Shown: piece by piece, positions 29,694-38,225 of the stretch | Position numbering within the stretch: position 1 is the first letter of the stretch | Layout: each line of letters starts with the position of its first letter | Source of the DNA: Candidatus Binatia bacterium | GTDB lineage: Bacteria > Desulfobacterota > Binatia > UBA9968 | Assembly (NCBI GenBank): GCA_036004365.1 | Contig: DASYRN010000045.1 | Coordinates: 7,637 to 71,636 of the forward strand | DNA: 64,000 bases | Direction: 5' to 3' | Made by a program: the position numbers and the translations under genes | The notes under the pieces: generated by a model | Database searches by the model: none | What the model saw: only the letters and a program-made list of their open reading frames with translations | What the model was told of the DNA's origin: nothing

Positions 29694-30071
29694 ATGAAAC
29701 CGCACCTTGTGTCAGGGCTAGGGCTCTTGCTAGGGGTTCTTGCCGCAAAGAGCGCACCCGCCGCGATGTATTGCGGCGACACACTGATAGACAAAGGGAT
29801 GACGAAGCTGGACGTCATCTCAAAGTGTGGCCAGCCTGATTTACGGGAAGTGACCTCGCTAGTTTTCCAGGTAAGGGAGGTCTGGCACTATAACTGCGGC
29901 GAGGGCAGGCTGAACAGGAGCCTTGTCTTTGAGGGCGAGACGCTTGTATCGGTCCAGGAAAGCAAAGTTACGGCAGCGGCCCGGAGAAGTGCAAATAAAA
30001 CGGAACTAATAGCAAGGAAGCACGAGGCAGCGATACGCTTCATTCCCGGCCGGGATCGAGCTCAATGCTGA
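29694..30071 (+). CDS. DUF2845-like small secreted Cys-containing protein
   Basis: Signal peptide, then YCGDTLIDKGMTKLDVISKCGQP...WHYNCGEG pattern. Confidence 0.45.
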   Translation: MKPHLVSGLGLLLGVLAAKSAPAAMYCGDTLIDKGMTKLDVISKCGQPDLREVTSLVFQVREVWHYNCGEGRLNRSLVFEGETLVSVQESKVTAAARRSANKTELIARKHEAAIRFIPGRDRAQC

Positions 30072-30321
30072 TGAGCTCGTAGCGTTCCGAAGAATACTCT
30101 CCCCGTTGTCTCAGGCTTTCTCGACGTTGGCGGTCGAGCACGGCGTGGTCCTGGTGTATCCGCTGCTGTTGTTCGTCCTGCCTCTGTTCTCGAACCTGGA
30201 GAAGTTCACCGACGGGAGCACCAGCCCCTCGCTCAAGGCTACTACAACCGATAGGAGTCATTAGAAGAGTTACCGCAATCAACTCTATAGAGAGGTTCTT
30301 CGCGTAACCAAACCGAATCAT
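30040..30321 (-). CDS. Small putative lipoprotein
   Basis: GGAGGAGGA RBS 4 nt before the ATG; signal peptide with IGCSS lipobox; convergent 32 nt overlap with the previous gene. Confidence 0.45.
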   Translation of the reverse strand: MIRFGYAKNLSIELIAVTLLMTPIGCSSLERGAGAPVGELLQVREQRQDEQQQRIHQDHAVLDRQRRESLRQRGEYSSERYELISIELDPGRE

Positions 30322-30675
30322 AATCCTCCTCCTCGAGATTTTGGTGCAAGGGCTTTTGCCCGAGACAGCTGACGCGATGCAAGCGATATACCAAGGGCCA
30401 GAATAATTAAACCGTGGATTGTTAAAGGGATTGGAAGTTCGGCTCTTCTGACACGGTCCCTAATTGTTATGGAAAGGCCTAAATTGTACCGTCAAGTAAC
30501 TTGATCGTTGTCTAAGAGGAATGGGATCCTCGTCTTGATCTTGGATTCTTGAGCCAGGTCACCCGGTCTGCCATGTGTATCTTGGCGATCCAAGAAAGGG
30601 ACGAGGCAAGAGGTGATAGGCGATAGTTTTTAGTCGCTCTCGCAACTATTGTATATTATAACATGGCTCTCGCGT

Positions 30676-30691
30676 TTTGAGAATTCAAAAA
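30676..30691. repeat. Degenerate copy of the TTGAGAATTCTCAA palindromic element (TTTTGAGAATTCAAAA)
   Basis: Direct sequence comparison with copies at 25307, 28624 and 36153. Confidence 0.6.
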
Positions 30692-30746
30692 TGTAAAAAC
30701 GAGTTAATGATGGAATCTTGCCCTATACGATTGTAACATTGGATAG

Positions 30747-30895
30747 GACCGAATTGCCGGCTTGATGACTTCCTATGGATACGCGAATATTCTCCACGCC
30801 GGTTTCTGCGCCTTGGAGCTTCTTGAATGGGAAGTCGATCAGGTTTTGGGCGTTGGGCCTTTCACGTCCGCCGAATTGCGCGCCGATCGTTAGCA
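30747..30895 (+). pseudogene. Duplicated 3' fragment of the yciI-like gene (no start codon)
   Basis: Translates to RIAGLMTSYGYANILHAGFCALELLEWEVDQVLGVGPFTSAELRADR*. About 85% nt identity to 36021-36117, the 3' end of the intact yciI-like gene (…GFCAFELFEWEVHQVLGVGPFTSAELRAHR*). Confidence 0.6.
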
Positions 30896-30941
30896 GTTGG
30901 AGATTCACATCTTCGGCGGAAGATTTGAGAAGGAGGTATCC

Positions 30942-31031
30942 ATGTTGGCCATTCTTCCCCCGCTGATAATGATTCTTCTCGTAGCTCTTATTTTCTATCT
31001 TGCCTGGTGGGACGCTAACAGACGTAAGTAG
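30942..31031 (+). CDS. 29-aa hydrophobic small peptide (MLAILPPLIMILLVALIFYLAWWDANRRK), not in the ORF track
   Basis: AAGGAGG with a 5 nt spacer then ATG; single predicted TM helix and a basic C-terminus; lies just downstream of the yciI fragment. Confidence 0.4.
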   Translation: MLAILPPLIMILLVALIFYLAWWDANRRK

Positions 31032-31155
31032 AAGTAAAAAGGCGTTGGGACAGCCATTGTGCGTCGGGCAATTCAATCGGAGCTAACGTTGAGGACGCAA
31101 AGCAGCACAAAGTGGCCGAGTTTATCACCGAAGGTAAGACAAGAAAGGAGAATCT

Positions 31156-31605
31156 ATGCCGAGAGTGACTTCGTTGGGTCATGTAGGCCTTTACGTGGGC
31201 GACATTGAGCGTTCCAAGGCATTTTATCGGGATATCCTTGGCCTGAAGGTGAGCGACGAGAGTCCCAACAGGGGCGCAGTATTCATGACGGCCAAAGACC
31301 GGCTGGAAGAGCACCACGAGCTCCTGCTCATGCCGGGCCGAGAGGATGGCAAAGTCGTCCAGCAAGTTTCTTTCCGCTGTGCCAGCCTCGCCGATATCAA
31401 AGACTTTTACCGAGTTTTTTTGCAGAACAAAATCCCCATCAACCGCATCGTAAGCCACGGCAATGCTATAGGGATCTATTTTCAAGATCCCGACGGAAAC
31501 CAGATCGAAGTTTACTGGCCCACCGGCATCGACTGGCCCCAGCCCTTTGGGAAGCCGGTCGACCTGGCCGTAACCGACGAGGAGATCCTTGCGCAGCTGA
31601 CGTAG
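31156..31605 (+). CDS. VOC-family (glyoxalase / bleomycin-resistance / dioxygenase fold) protein
   Basis: LGHVGLYVGDIERSKAFYRDILGLKV signature; RBS AAGGAG. Confidence 0.8.
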   Translation: MPRVTSLGHVGLYVGDIERSKAFYRDILGLKVSDESPNRGAVFMTAKDRLEEHHELLLMPGREDGKVVQQVSFRCASLADIKDFYRVFLQNKIPINRIVSHGNAIGIYFQDPDGNQIEVYWPTGIDWPQPFGKPVDLAVTDEEILAQLT

Positions 31606-31636
31606 CCTGTAAGGCGGGCCTTAAAAAGTAAAAGCA

Positions 31637-32164
31637 ATGTCGAAACGACTGATTTTCCTCCCATGGATGTTGTCTCTACTTCTGCTACCGGCCTGCATCC
31701 ATGGCCTAACGATGCACTCCATGGACGGAGAGACCTTAAGCGGAAAGTATCGTTTCGCGCGCGAAGGCAAAGGATTGATCAAGGTCATCCGATCCGATGG
31801 CGAGGTCTTGACGGGCCATTTTGTGACGGTTGGGCCGAAGGCTTTTGTCGAGAGTTTCAAGAAGGCTTTCGGCAGCGGATCTATCGTTGTCTTCGGTCCC
31901 GATGCCTCCGCTTACGGAAATGCCTTCGGAGGCACCTTTGCAAGTGCGCACGGGACTGCAGGGGCTGCCTATGGCGAGACGTTCAATACCGGCTCCGGTC
32001 AATCCACAACCGTGGTGACCGGGCCGCGTTTTTACTGGACGGCATTCCTTCAGGGCAGTGGAGGAACAACGATGGCATGTTTTTTCATCGGCTCCTCGTA
32101 TACGGGTCACGGATTTGGAAGATGTAAGAGCAACATGGGGAAGGAGTATAGTGTAGAGTTTTAA
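31637..32164 (+). CDS. Gly/Ala/Thr-rich lipoprotein of unknown function
   Basis: Lipobox LLLPAC; low-complexity G/A/T/S-rich middle; 175 aa. Confidence 0.55.
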   Translation: MSKRLIFLPWMLSLLLLPACIHGLTMHSMDGETLSGKYRFAREGKGLIKVIRSDGEVLTGHFVTVGPKAFVESFKKAFGSGSIVVFGPDASAYGNAFGGTFASAHGTAGAAYGETFNTGSGQSTTVVTGPRFYWTAFLQGSGGTTMACFFIGSSYTGHGFGRCKSNMGKEYSVEF

Positions 32165-32472
32165 GATCTCTAGTCTTTTTTCAGAGGTCAAAATAAATAG
32201 TAGATGAGCGTGCTCGATCCTGCCATTGTCTCACGTTTGCGTGATTGCGACGAAGAAACAGTGGCCTGTCGGCCCGGATATCTGAGCGGTCGGGGACGGA
32301 TACTCCTCCTGCGTTGTCTCTAACCGAATTTCCGGAGAGTTGTTCATAATTGTCATATTGGACGGTTTCGGTCCACTTACCACGAGCCCTTATTCGACTT
32401 GTGAGCGGGAAATCCTTTTTAAAAACCACATATTGTATTGATAGGCCAAAATAAGGGCCTTTGGCATGAATT

Positions 32473-33954
32473 ATGAATCTTATCCACTATATAGGCCCAT
32501 CTATCTTAAGAGAGCGATCCCTTATGCGAGACGTCGCAATAGCAACCGAGGCAGCATCACTTTCCAAGGAATGTCCTGGATGTGGCGCTCTCCTGGAACT
32601 GACTCTCGAGGCGTGCTGGAAATGCGGCGGAAAAGTCGAACCGGATATTCCCACAGCGCCGTACGAAGAGAAACGACCCTTCAAGCCCTATCTAGACAGA
32701 AGCGCCGACCTTGGAAGAGAGGTCTACGAACGGCTTATCCAAGCCTTTTCAGAAGTGAATCCCCGCGAAAGACCCTGGTGTGGCATAGGGGTTAAAGCTG
32801 ACCTTCTCGCGGTATCACCAAGATCCGTGACAGTCGCGGTGATAAAGGAGCTGAGCGGGGTCAAGAAAGGCCTCGTTCATGTCTCGCAGAATTGGCGGGA
32901 ACCTTGGCAGGTAGAAACCGTCGATAGGGAGAAACATCAGATACGAAGCAATCCTTGCGAGCAGGCGGAGCGGGCGATCAGCGCTGTCAAAAGTAGTCTC
33001 AAGTCTTTTCTCAAGGCCAATGAGCAGGCTGTATTCCCGCGCATAAAGTGTTTAATCGTTTTCCCCGATGGATACGACTTTGAAGGGCCAAAGGATTTTT
33101 CCATGCTCGACCACGACGGGGTGATCACGCTGAGTCTACTAAACTTTCGTGATTTACCGGATGCGATATTACGACCGACGGACCACGAAGGACTGGATTC
33201 CCGGCAGTACAGGAAATGGATTGAAGAACTTCTAAGGAGCAACGATGAGTCCACCCTCGGGACATGGCTTGATCCGGCCTTCGATAAGCCGGAGCCGGAG
33301 CCGCCCAAGAGACAGCTCTGGCGGTTACGTTATCCGCGCCGCCGAAAAGTGCCGGCAAAGGAAGAGGAACTCTCTTGGTCAAATAGTCCGCGAAAGAGAT
33401 CGGTCCAGGCGAAATTGAAGGGGACTCGACTCAAATTTACCGTGACGGTTATCACGGGTATGCTCGTTGGAATGGTCGGATGGCAAATGTATAGTGTTGG
33501 GGAACATACCGCGCCGCCTCCACGCGCGGAAACTACCCCTGAAGTCACTCAAGCGGTGCCACCCCAAGATGTCCCGTTGTCAACGGAACTCGAGAAGGAG
33601 GAGATATTGCCTCCGCCGCAGCCAGTAGAATCCCGCGAACCGCAGGCGCCTATAGCGCCGAAAGAGGATCAACCCATCAAAGGCGCGAATAAATCTGAGG
33701 TCACCCGCACTCAGGCTCCTGGCGATTTAGAGCTCAAGCGGCAGAAGGTGGAACTCAAGATCCATGATGCTATTCTCCGTCGCGCGATCACCGGTGTGAC
33801 GGTTTACTTCGCCGGGGACACGGCTTACCTCCGCGGCCAGGTCGAGACCGAAAACCAAAAATCTGCTGCCGAAAAGGCCGCGAGGAGCGTCCCGGGGGTT
33901 AAGGAAATCCGCAATTCAATTGAGGTCAATCCCCCATCCCCTGCGGATGGCTAG
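32473..33954 (+). CDS. Zinc-ribbon / NERD-domain / single-TM / C-terminal BON-domain protein
   Basis: CPGCG...CWKCG zinc ribbon; NERD-like core (ADLLAVSPRSVTVAVIKELSG..., NPCEQAERAISAVKSSL, IKCLIVFPDG); TM helix LKFTVTVITGMLVGMVGWQMY; Pro/Glu-rich linker; BON-like C-terminus (VTVYFAGDTAYLRGQVETENQKSAAEKAARSVPGVKEIRNSIEV). The true start may be Met at 32524. Confidence 0.7.
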   Translation: MNLIHYIGPSILRERSLMRDVAIATEAASLSKECPGCGALLELTLEACWKCGGKVEPDIPTAPYEEKRPFKPYLDRSADLGREVYERLIQAFSEVNPRERPWCGIGVKADLLAVSPRSVTVAVIKELSGVKKGLVHVSQNWREPWQVETVDREKHQIRSNPCEQAERAISAVKSSLKSFLKANEQAVFPRIKCLIVFPDGYDFEGPKDFSMLDHDGVITLSLLNFRDLPDAILRPTDHEGLDSRQYRKWIEELLRSNDESTLGTWLDPAFDKPEPEPPKRQLWRLRYPRRRKVPAKEEELSWSNSPRKRSVQAKLKGTRLKFTVTVITGMLVGMVGWQMYSVGEHTAPPPRAETTPEVTQAVPPQDVPLSTELEKEEILPPPQPVESREPQAPIAPKEDQPIKGANKSEVTRTQAPGDLELKRQKVELKIHDAILRRAITGVTVYFAGDTAYLRGQVETENQKSAAEKAARSVPGVKEIRNSIEVNPPSPADG

Positions 33955-34030
33955 CCTGATGACGGCCAGATAACACTTCGCTTTTCCTTCAGATCAAAGT
34001 AAAGAGCAGCGAGCGTCCGCTGACTGTCCC

Positions 34031-34486
34031 TCAAGTTTGATTACTAATGAACTGAAATATCTTTGCAGCGGCGTCAGCGCCGGTCGTCGTTGTCGTGTCG
34101 ATTCTTATAGTCGGATTGTTCGGCGGCTCCATTCGATGGAACATGATGTGGAGTGCTTTTTCGGATATATTCGGCTGCCGTTCTCGATTGCGCCGAAGAG
34201 CGACCTCTAAGGGGCAATCAAGAAAAACGGTTACAACTCTCTCCGCTTGTGCCCGCGCTTTGACCTGGCACCGCCATTCCTTTTTGTAAAACGTGGCGTC
34301 AAAAATTAGGAAATCCGTTCTCCTCCGATCGGGCGCCAGCGCATTGAAAAACTTCCGGTAGACCGGCGGTCTTAGCCTGTCGGAACTCAAGATCTGAACG
34401 CTGCCTAATTCAGCGAGGCGCTCGGCCAGCTTTTCTGCTATCGTACTCTTACCCGATCCGGGAATGCCGCAAAAGAGAATAATCAA
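34031..34486 (-). CDS. P-loop kinase of the polynucleotide-kinase-like (AAA_33/PNK/PSTK-like) family
   Basis: TTG start. Walker A GIPGSGKST at residues 7-15; D-x-x-R (SSDRLR) about 20 residues later; FDAT motif; Arg-rich lid RRNRER. Same motif order as T4 Pnk kinase and AAA_33 kinases. Confidence 0.65.
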   Translation of the reverse strand: MIILFCGIPGSGKSTIAEKLAERLAELGSVQILSSDRLRPPVYRKFFNALAPDRRRTDFLIFDATFYKKEWRCQVKARAQAERVVTVFLDCPLEVALRRNRERQPNISEKALHIMFHRMEPPNNPTIRIDTTTTTGADAAAKIFQFISNQT

Positions 34487-34514
34487 TAAGATATGTTCGT
34501 GACGCCGCGCTGGG

Positions 34515-34772
34515 CTATCGGCGGGGTCGGGCGAGCCTCATCGCTTGCTCAATGGTGGGAATGATCTCGGGGCAACATTGCCTGGCGATTTCGAGAATGA
34601 TGCGCGCTTGGTTCTGGTCACAGGGGATCGTGTAGCCTTTAAAAAATACGCCCTCAAACGAATGATCAATTCGCGTGGCCTTGGCAATGGCCTCATAGGC
34701 GGGAGACTCAACGGGAATTCGACTCCGCAGTCGGTCAAAGTGTGGAGGAGCGACCTTAATGAATATCTCCAT
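34515..34772 (-). CDS. Hypothetical 85-aa protein in an operon with the kinase and phosphatase
   Basis: ORF 28 nt upstream of the kinase gene; no recognisable motif; C-terminal CCPEIIP. Confidence 0.4.
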   Translation of the reverse strand: MEIFIKVAPPHFDRLRSRIPVESPAYEAIAKATRIDHSFEGVFFKGYTIPCDQNQARIILEIARQCCPEIIPTIEQAMRLARPRR

Positions 34773-34894
34773 GGCGCCACCTCACCAAAAATACGTTAGG
34801 ATGCTCAATTCAACCTACCAAATAGGGCCGTTATTTCAATGCGGGTCCGTCAACCTTCACCGGTCGAGTTTCCCAAAACCCGCTCGTCAAGGCA

Positions 34895-35350
34895 TCACAC
34901 TCTAGTAGCAAAACGGATCGCATCGATATTAGGTAAGCAAGAGCGGCATTGGGTGACGTGTGCGACGGCGGCGTCCAAATCCCAGCCGCAGCACCAAGAG
35001 AGATACGCGACCGCGACCGTAGGAGATCGGCCAGCGCCGGCGGAGCAATGGAGATAGACTGTATGGCCAGACTCCATGAGCTCGTTTAGCGCGGACACGC
35101 ACGCCGGGAGCTTGTCTTGCAGATCGACTGGGTCCAAGTCGCGCACTGGGACACGACAAGGGTGAATGCGGCAGATTTGGTAGTGGGTTGCCAGCGAATT
35201 CCAATCCAGGCTAAAGTGCTGCATGTCCTCGTCGGTTTGTAGATTGAGCACAGCCGAAATGGCGGCATCGCGCTTTAATATCTCGATGTCACCAGCGCTT
35301 CCTGGGTAGGAACCGACAAAGAGTTTGGAAAGAATCTGATGGTAATCCAT
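34895..35350 (-). CDS. Dual-specificity (Cys-based) protein-tyrosine-phosphatase-fold protein
   Basis: Active-site loop VYLHCSAGAGRSPTVAVAYL (HCxxGxxRS) and an upstream general-acid Asp region (RVPVRDLDPVD). Start uncertain: ATG at 35350 or GTG at 35401. Confidence 0.8.
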   Translation of the reverse strand: MDYHQILSKLFVGSYPGSAGDIEILKRDAAISAVLNLQTDEDMQHFSLDWNSLATHYQICRIHPCRVPVRDLDPVDLQDKLPACVSALNELMESGHTVYLHCSAGAGRSPTVAVAYLSWCCGWDLDAAVAHVTQCRSCLPNIDAIRFATRV

Positions 35351-35444
35351 AGCTTGGGTAGGTCGTAAGGAGTGAGGCGTAAACAGGAGAACCCCTTGCA
35401 CGTTTTACGTTTCACTAGCCATGACTATCATCCTGACGTTACGG

Positions 35445-35666
35445 TCACGGACTCTCTTTGACGGCGAGAAGTGAGGCCAGCGGGCACAACACTTTGTATT
35501 CGGCTTTGCCTGTTTTTTCTTTCCAGCTGGCGGCGCCTGGAGCTCCGTCAATGAATTCGTAAGCATCCACGCCGAATGTGCTTTTACCGTCAATCAGCAG
35601 GACTTCGTGCCATCCGTCGGCAAGCAGCACATAACGCACTTTCTCTACATTGAGCTTCAGAGCCAT
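35445..35666 (-). CDS. Hypothetical 73-aa protein, first gene of the kinase/phosphatase operon
   Basis: AGGAGG RBS 4 nt before the ATG; no recognisable domain. Confidence 0.5.
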   Translation of the reverse strand: MALKLNVEKVRYVLLADGWHEVLLIDGKSTFGVDAYEFIDGAPGAASWKEKTGKAEYKVLCPLASLLAVKESP

Positions 35667-35808
35667 GTTTTGCCTCCTTTCCTCAGGATCCGAACGTTGC
35701 GTTCGAGGTTCCTTGTCGTGATATTTTATCAGGATTCAAGGCTCGCTCCAGGGGTAGGCCCGCTAAGGGGTAAAGGATGCAATAAACTATAAAAGCTAGG
35801 AGGACAGC

Positions 35809-36117
35809 ATGTGGTATCTGATCCATCGTAAGCCCATACGACCGCGTGAGGAATGGACCGTGAGTCTCGACGAGCATCTTGTCTGGATGAAACAGCAGCA
35901 CGAGGCCGGCCGGATCCTTTTTTCCGGCCCGACCCGGGATCGCACGTTGGGGATTTACGCGATACGCGCCGGCTCCAGGGAAGAAGCCGAGCGGATCGCC
36001 GGCAGCGATCCTTACACGAAGGCCGGTTTCTGCGCTTTCGAGCTTTTTGAGTGGGAGGTGCACCAAGTTTTGGGCGTCGGGCCTTTCACGTCCGCCGAAT
36101 TGCGCGCCCATCGCTAG
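35809..36117 (+). CDS. yciI: YciI-like (Dabb/YciI family) small protein
   Basis: 102 aa; RBS AGGAGG; YciI-like pattern (...RILFSGPTRDRTLGIYAIRAGSREEAERIAGSDPY...). Confidence 0.8.
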   Translation: MWYLIHRKPIRPREEWTVSLDEHLVWMKQQHEAGRILFSGPTRDRTLGIYAIRAGSREEAERIAGSDPYTKAGFCAFELFEWEVHQVLGVGPFTSAELRAHR

Positions 36118-36152
36118 CGGTCTACAAGGAGCTCAGAAGAGCACTTTCACCG

Positions 36153-36168
36153 TTTGAGAATTCTCAAG
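36153..36168. repeat. Copy of the TTGAGAATTCTCAA palindromic element (TTTGAGAATTCTCAAG)
   Basis: Perfect 14-bp palindrome 36 nt after the yciI stop, between convergent genes. The flanking ~30 nt are nearly identical to the copy at 25302-25331. Confidence 0.7.
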
Positions 36169-36200
36169 AGTCAAAAGGATTTGGGAACAAGAAAAGGACT

Positions 36201-36938
36201 TTAAGAAGGGTTCTTTCTTGTGGGAGGAACGATTCTAGCCTGTTCGATGGCGGGTTTGGCCGCTTCCTTATGAGGGCGAGCTAGCTGGTCTGGAGCGTCG
36301 GTCGTTTTAGGCTGACCTTCTATTGTTTGTCTTAGAATTTCCTCTTGCAGCGAACCTTTATTGTTCCCAGCTACGGGCTTTCCCGTCTCAATGTCGTCAT
36401 TGATGAAAACTGCGGCTGCAAAGACAGTCGTCCAGAGCCCATCTTTATTGCCAACGGCAGACTGAGTGATATTGGTAGTACGGACGATCTTGCCGGACAT
36501 CTTGAAAAGTTGCTCGCGCTCGTCCCAATCCAATTCAGGATCAAATTCAATCCCCAGGGTAGTCGCGAGCATGCTGGCGGCGAGGTCTTCCGCATATTCT
36601 CCCGCTCGTTCATCGGTTTCTCCAAACGAATGATGCTCGGAAAGATAACCGTGCATGGAAGAATCCGCGGGGATCGCCAAGCCGATAGAAGCTGCGATGA
36701 GACGATTTGGCTCGTTGTTACTTTCTCGATCATAAACGGCAAATACAATCTCTCCGGGCCGTAAGAGCTTTAATCCTTCCTCCTTGGAGATAATCTTGCA
36801 GGCTGGGGGATAGATGCTGGAGACGAGAACCAAATTGCAGTGGGCCAAGCCGGCAACCCGCAGCGCCATCTCAAAGGAGGCCAACCGTTCCTTATGAACG
36901 CCGACTCCTTTGGTGAAAAAAACTTTCTTAGGAACCAT
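36201..36938 (-). CDS. pdaD: Pyruvoyl-dependent arginine decarboxylase (PdaD family) with a ~90-aa C-terminal extension
   Basis: [45 protein letters not shown] matches the PdaD N-terminus; start set at MVPKK. The ORF also allows TTG or ATG starts 12-39 nt upstream. Confidence 0.75.
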   Translation of the reverse strand: MVPKKVFFTKGVGVHKERLASFEMALRVAGLAHCNLVLVSSIYPPACKIISKEEGLKLLRPGEIVFAVYDRESNNEPNRLIAASIGLAIPADSSMHGYLSEHHSFGETDERAGEYAEDLAASMLATTLGIEFDPELDWDEREQLFKMSGKIVRTTNITQSAVGNKDGLWTTVFAAAVFINDDIETGKPVAGNNKGSLQEEILRQTIEGQPKTTDAPDQLARPHKEAAKPAIEQARIVPPTRKNPS

Positions 36939-37076
36939 ATGTGGCTGCATTTTAACATGACGAAAATGAGCTGACAAGAAAATTTCTTATCCTGAGATTA
37001 TTTTTATTGACATTCGCTTGCTCATGATCTAGAGGCTTAACAAGATCACCAAAACAAGTTGGAGGAGGTATCCACG

Positions 37077-37346
37077 ATGACCAAGGCTGACCTCATCAAT
37101 GTAGTGGCCAGGGCGGCAAGGATGAGCAAGAGAGGAGCGGAAGACGCCATCAATGCAACCTTTGATGCTCTGACCAAAGGCATCAAGAAGGACAAACGGT
37201 TTCAGGTGCCGGCGTTCGGCACCTTCTCGGTCAGGGCACGGAAGGCAAGGCCGGGAAGGAATCCTCGGACGGGCGAGGCCATCACTATCAAGGCGAGTCG
37301 AACGGTGGGTTTCAAGCCGGCACCCAGGCTAAAGAAGGGCCTCTAG
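37077..37346 (+). CDS. hup: HU/IHF-family DNA-binding protein
   Basis: MTKADLINVVA...GFGTFSVRARKARPGRNPRTGEAITI beta-arm signature; GGAGGAGG RBS. Confidence 0.9.
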   Translation: MTKADLINVVARAARMSKRGAEDAINATFDALTKGIKKDKRFQVPAFGTFSVRARKARPGRNPRTGEAITIKASRTVGFKPAPRLKKGL

Positions 37347-37376
37347 AAGTCTGAGCTGATCCCGACAGGTTAGTTG

Positions 37377-37670
37377 CTATCCTTGGCGCCTGCGTGCTGA
37401 GCCCGCCATTGCACGGACACGCTTTTCATCGTTGTTACGAGCCTCGGCGCTCGCTTTCAACGACCCTATAAAGGGCTCCAGCACGGCAGTCTCTTTGCGT
37501 CTCCGCCCGGTCCGTCTAAGCCATGAATCTTCCCGGAAAAGTTCGGGGCTATCATAGCCGCGAACCACGGGCTTTTCCGGCACCTTTAGGTCTGGCTTTG
37601 GATCTGGGCAGAGATGCGGGAAGAGTTTTCCTATCGCATTTCTGTACCAGCCAATAAAGACTTCATACAT
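37377..37670 (-). CDS. Small hypothetical protein (97 aa), paralog of the frameshifted ORF at 39936-40230
   Basis: Shares the ...KPVVRGYDSPELFREDSWLRR... core with the minus-strand translation of 39950-40100 (...VYRGYDSPQLFREDTLKR...); basic C-terminal tail. Confidence 0.4.
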   Translation of the reverse strand: MYEVFIGWYRNAIGKLFPHLCPDPKPDLKVPEKPVVRGYDSPELFREDSWLRRTGRRRKETAVLEPFIGSLKASAEARNNDEKRVRAMAGSARRRQG

Positions 37671-37673
37671 GGC

Positions 37674-37760
37674 TCACGCAATCGTTACGATGCAGGCAAG
37701 TTCCAGCGCTAATAGACACCCAATTGCTATGTTGCCTACAATCGTCAATGGCTCTCCCAT
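37674..37760 (-). CDS. Possible 28-aa hydrophobic leader peptide (MGEPLTIVGNIAIGCLLALELACIVTIA)
   Basis: Its stop lies 3 nt before the ATG of the 37377-37670 gene, suggesting translational coupling; weak SD; could be a chance ORF. Confidence 0.2.
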   Translation of the reverse strand: MGEPLTIVGNIAIGCLLALELACIVTIA

Positions 37761-38225
37761 CCTACTGCAACGAAGCGAACCGGAAATTGTGCATCGATCG
37801 CACCGATGATCTTCGGGAACCGCGTCTTGTGTTTCGCGGTTCGCCGCTTTGACGGTCCGTGGCAAGAATCAAAGCCAAGGCGATGGCTTTCATGCAGCGC
37901 GGCAAGGAGTTAAAAAGACAAGTAATAAATGACAATCCGGTGCCGCTCTGATTGATCAGGTGGTAGGCACGGTCGACATTTGTCGTCACTTGCGAACGCT
38001 TATTGTACAGTCCATCATGCTTCGCGAACCTGAAACGACTGCGAGCGGTGCGGGAGCGGTGGCAGAGGGTCAACTGCCGCGTAGTGGGGAATGCAAAGGC
38101 TCAGTACCCGAGATTCCTTGAATGCGGCGAAGGCGGCCTGGCAGCAGGGGATCTGGGCATCGAAGTGGGTAACTTCGCTTGATCCTTATGACCAAGAGCC
38201 TGATGGGCGGGCGAAAACATTGGGT

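Noticed and set aside
30723-31076. 117-aa minus-strand ORF (and its twin 35683-36111) containing GAQFGGRERPNAQNL
   Set aside because: Both are antisense readings of the yciI gene and its duplicated fragment. Their similarity only reflects the nucleotide duplication; the sense strand gives the recognisable YciI sequence.
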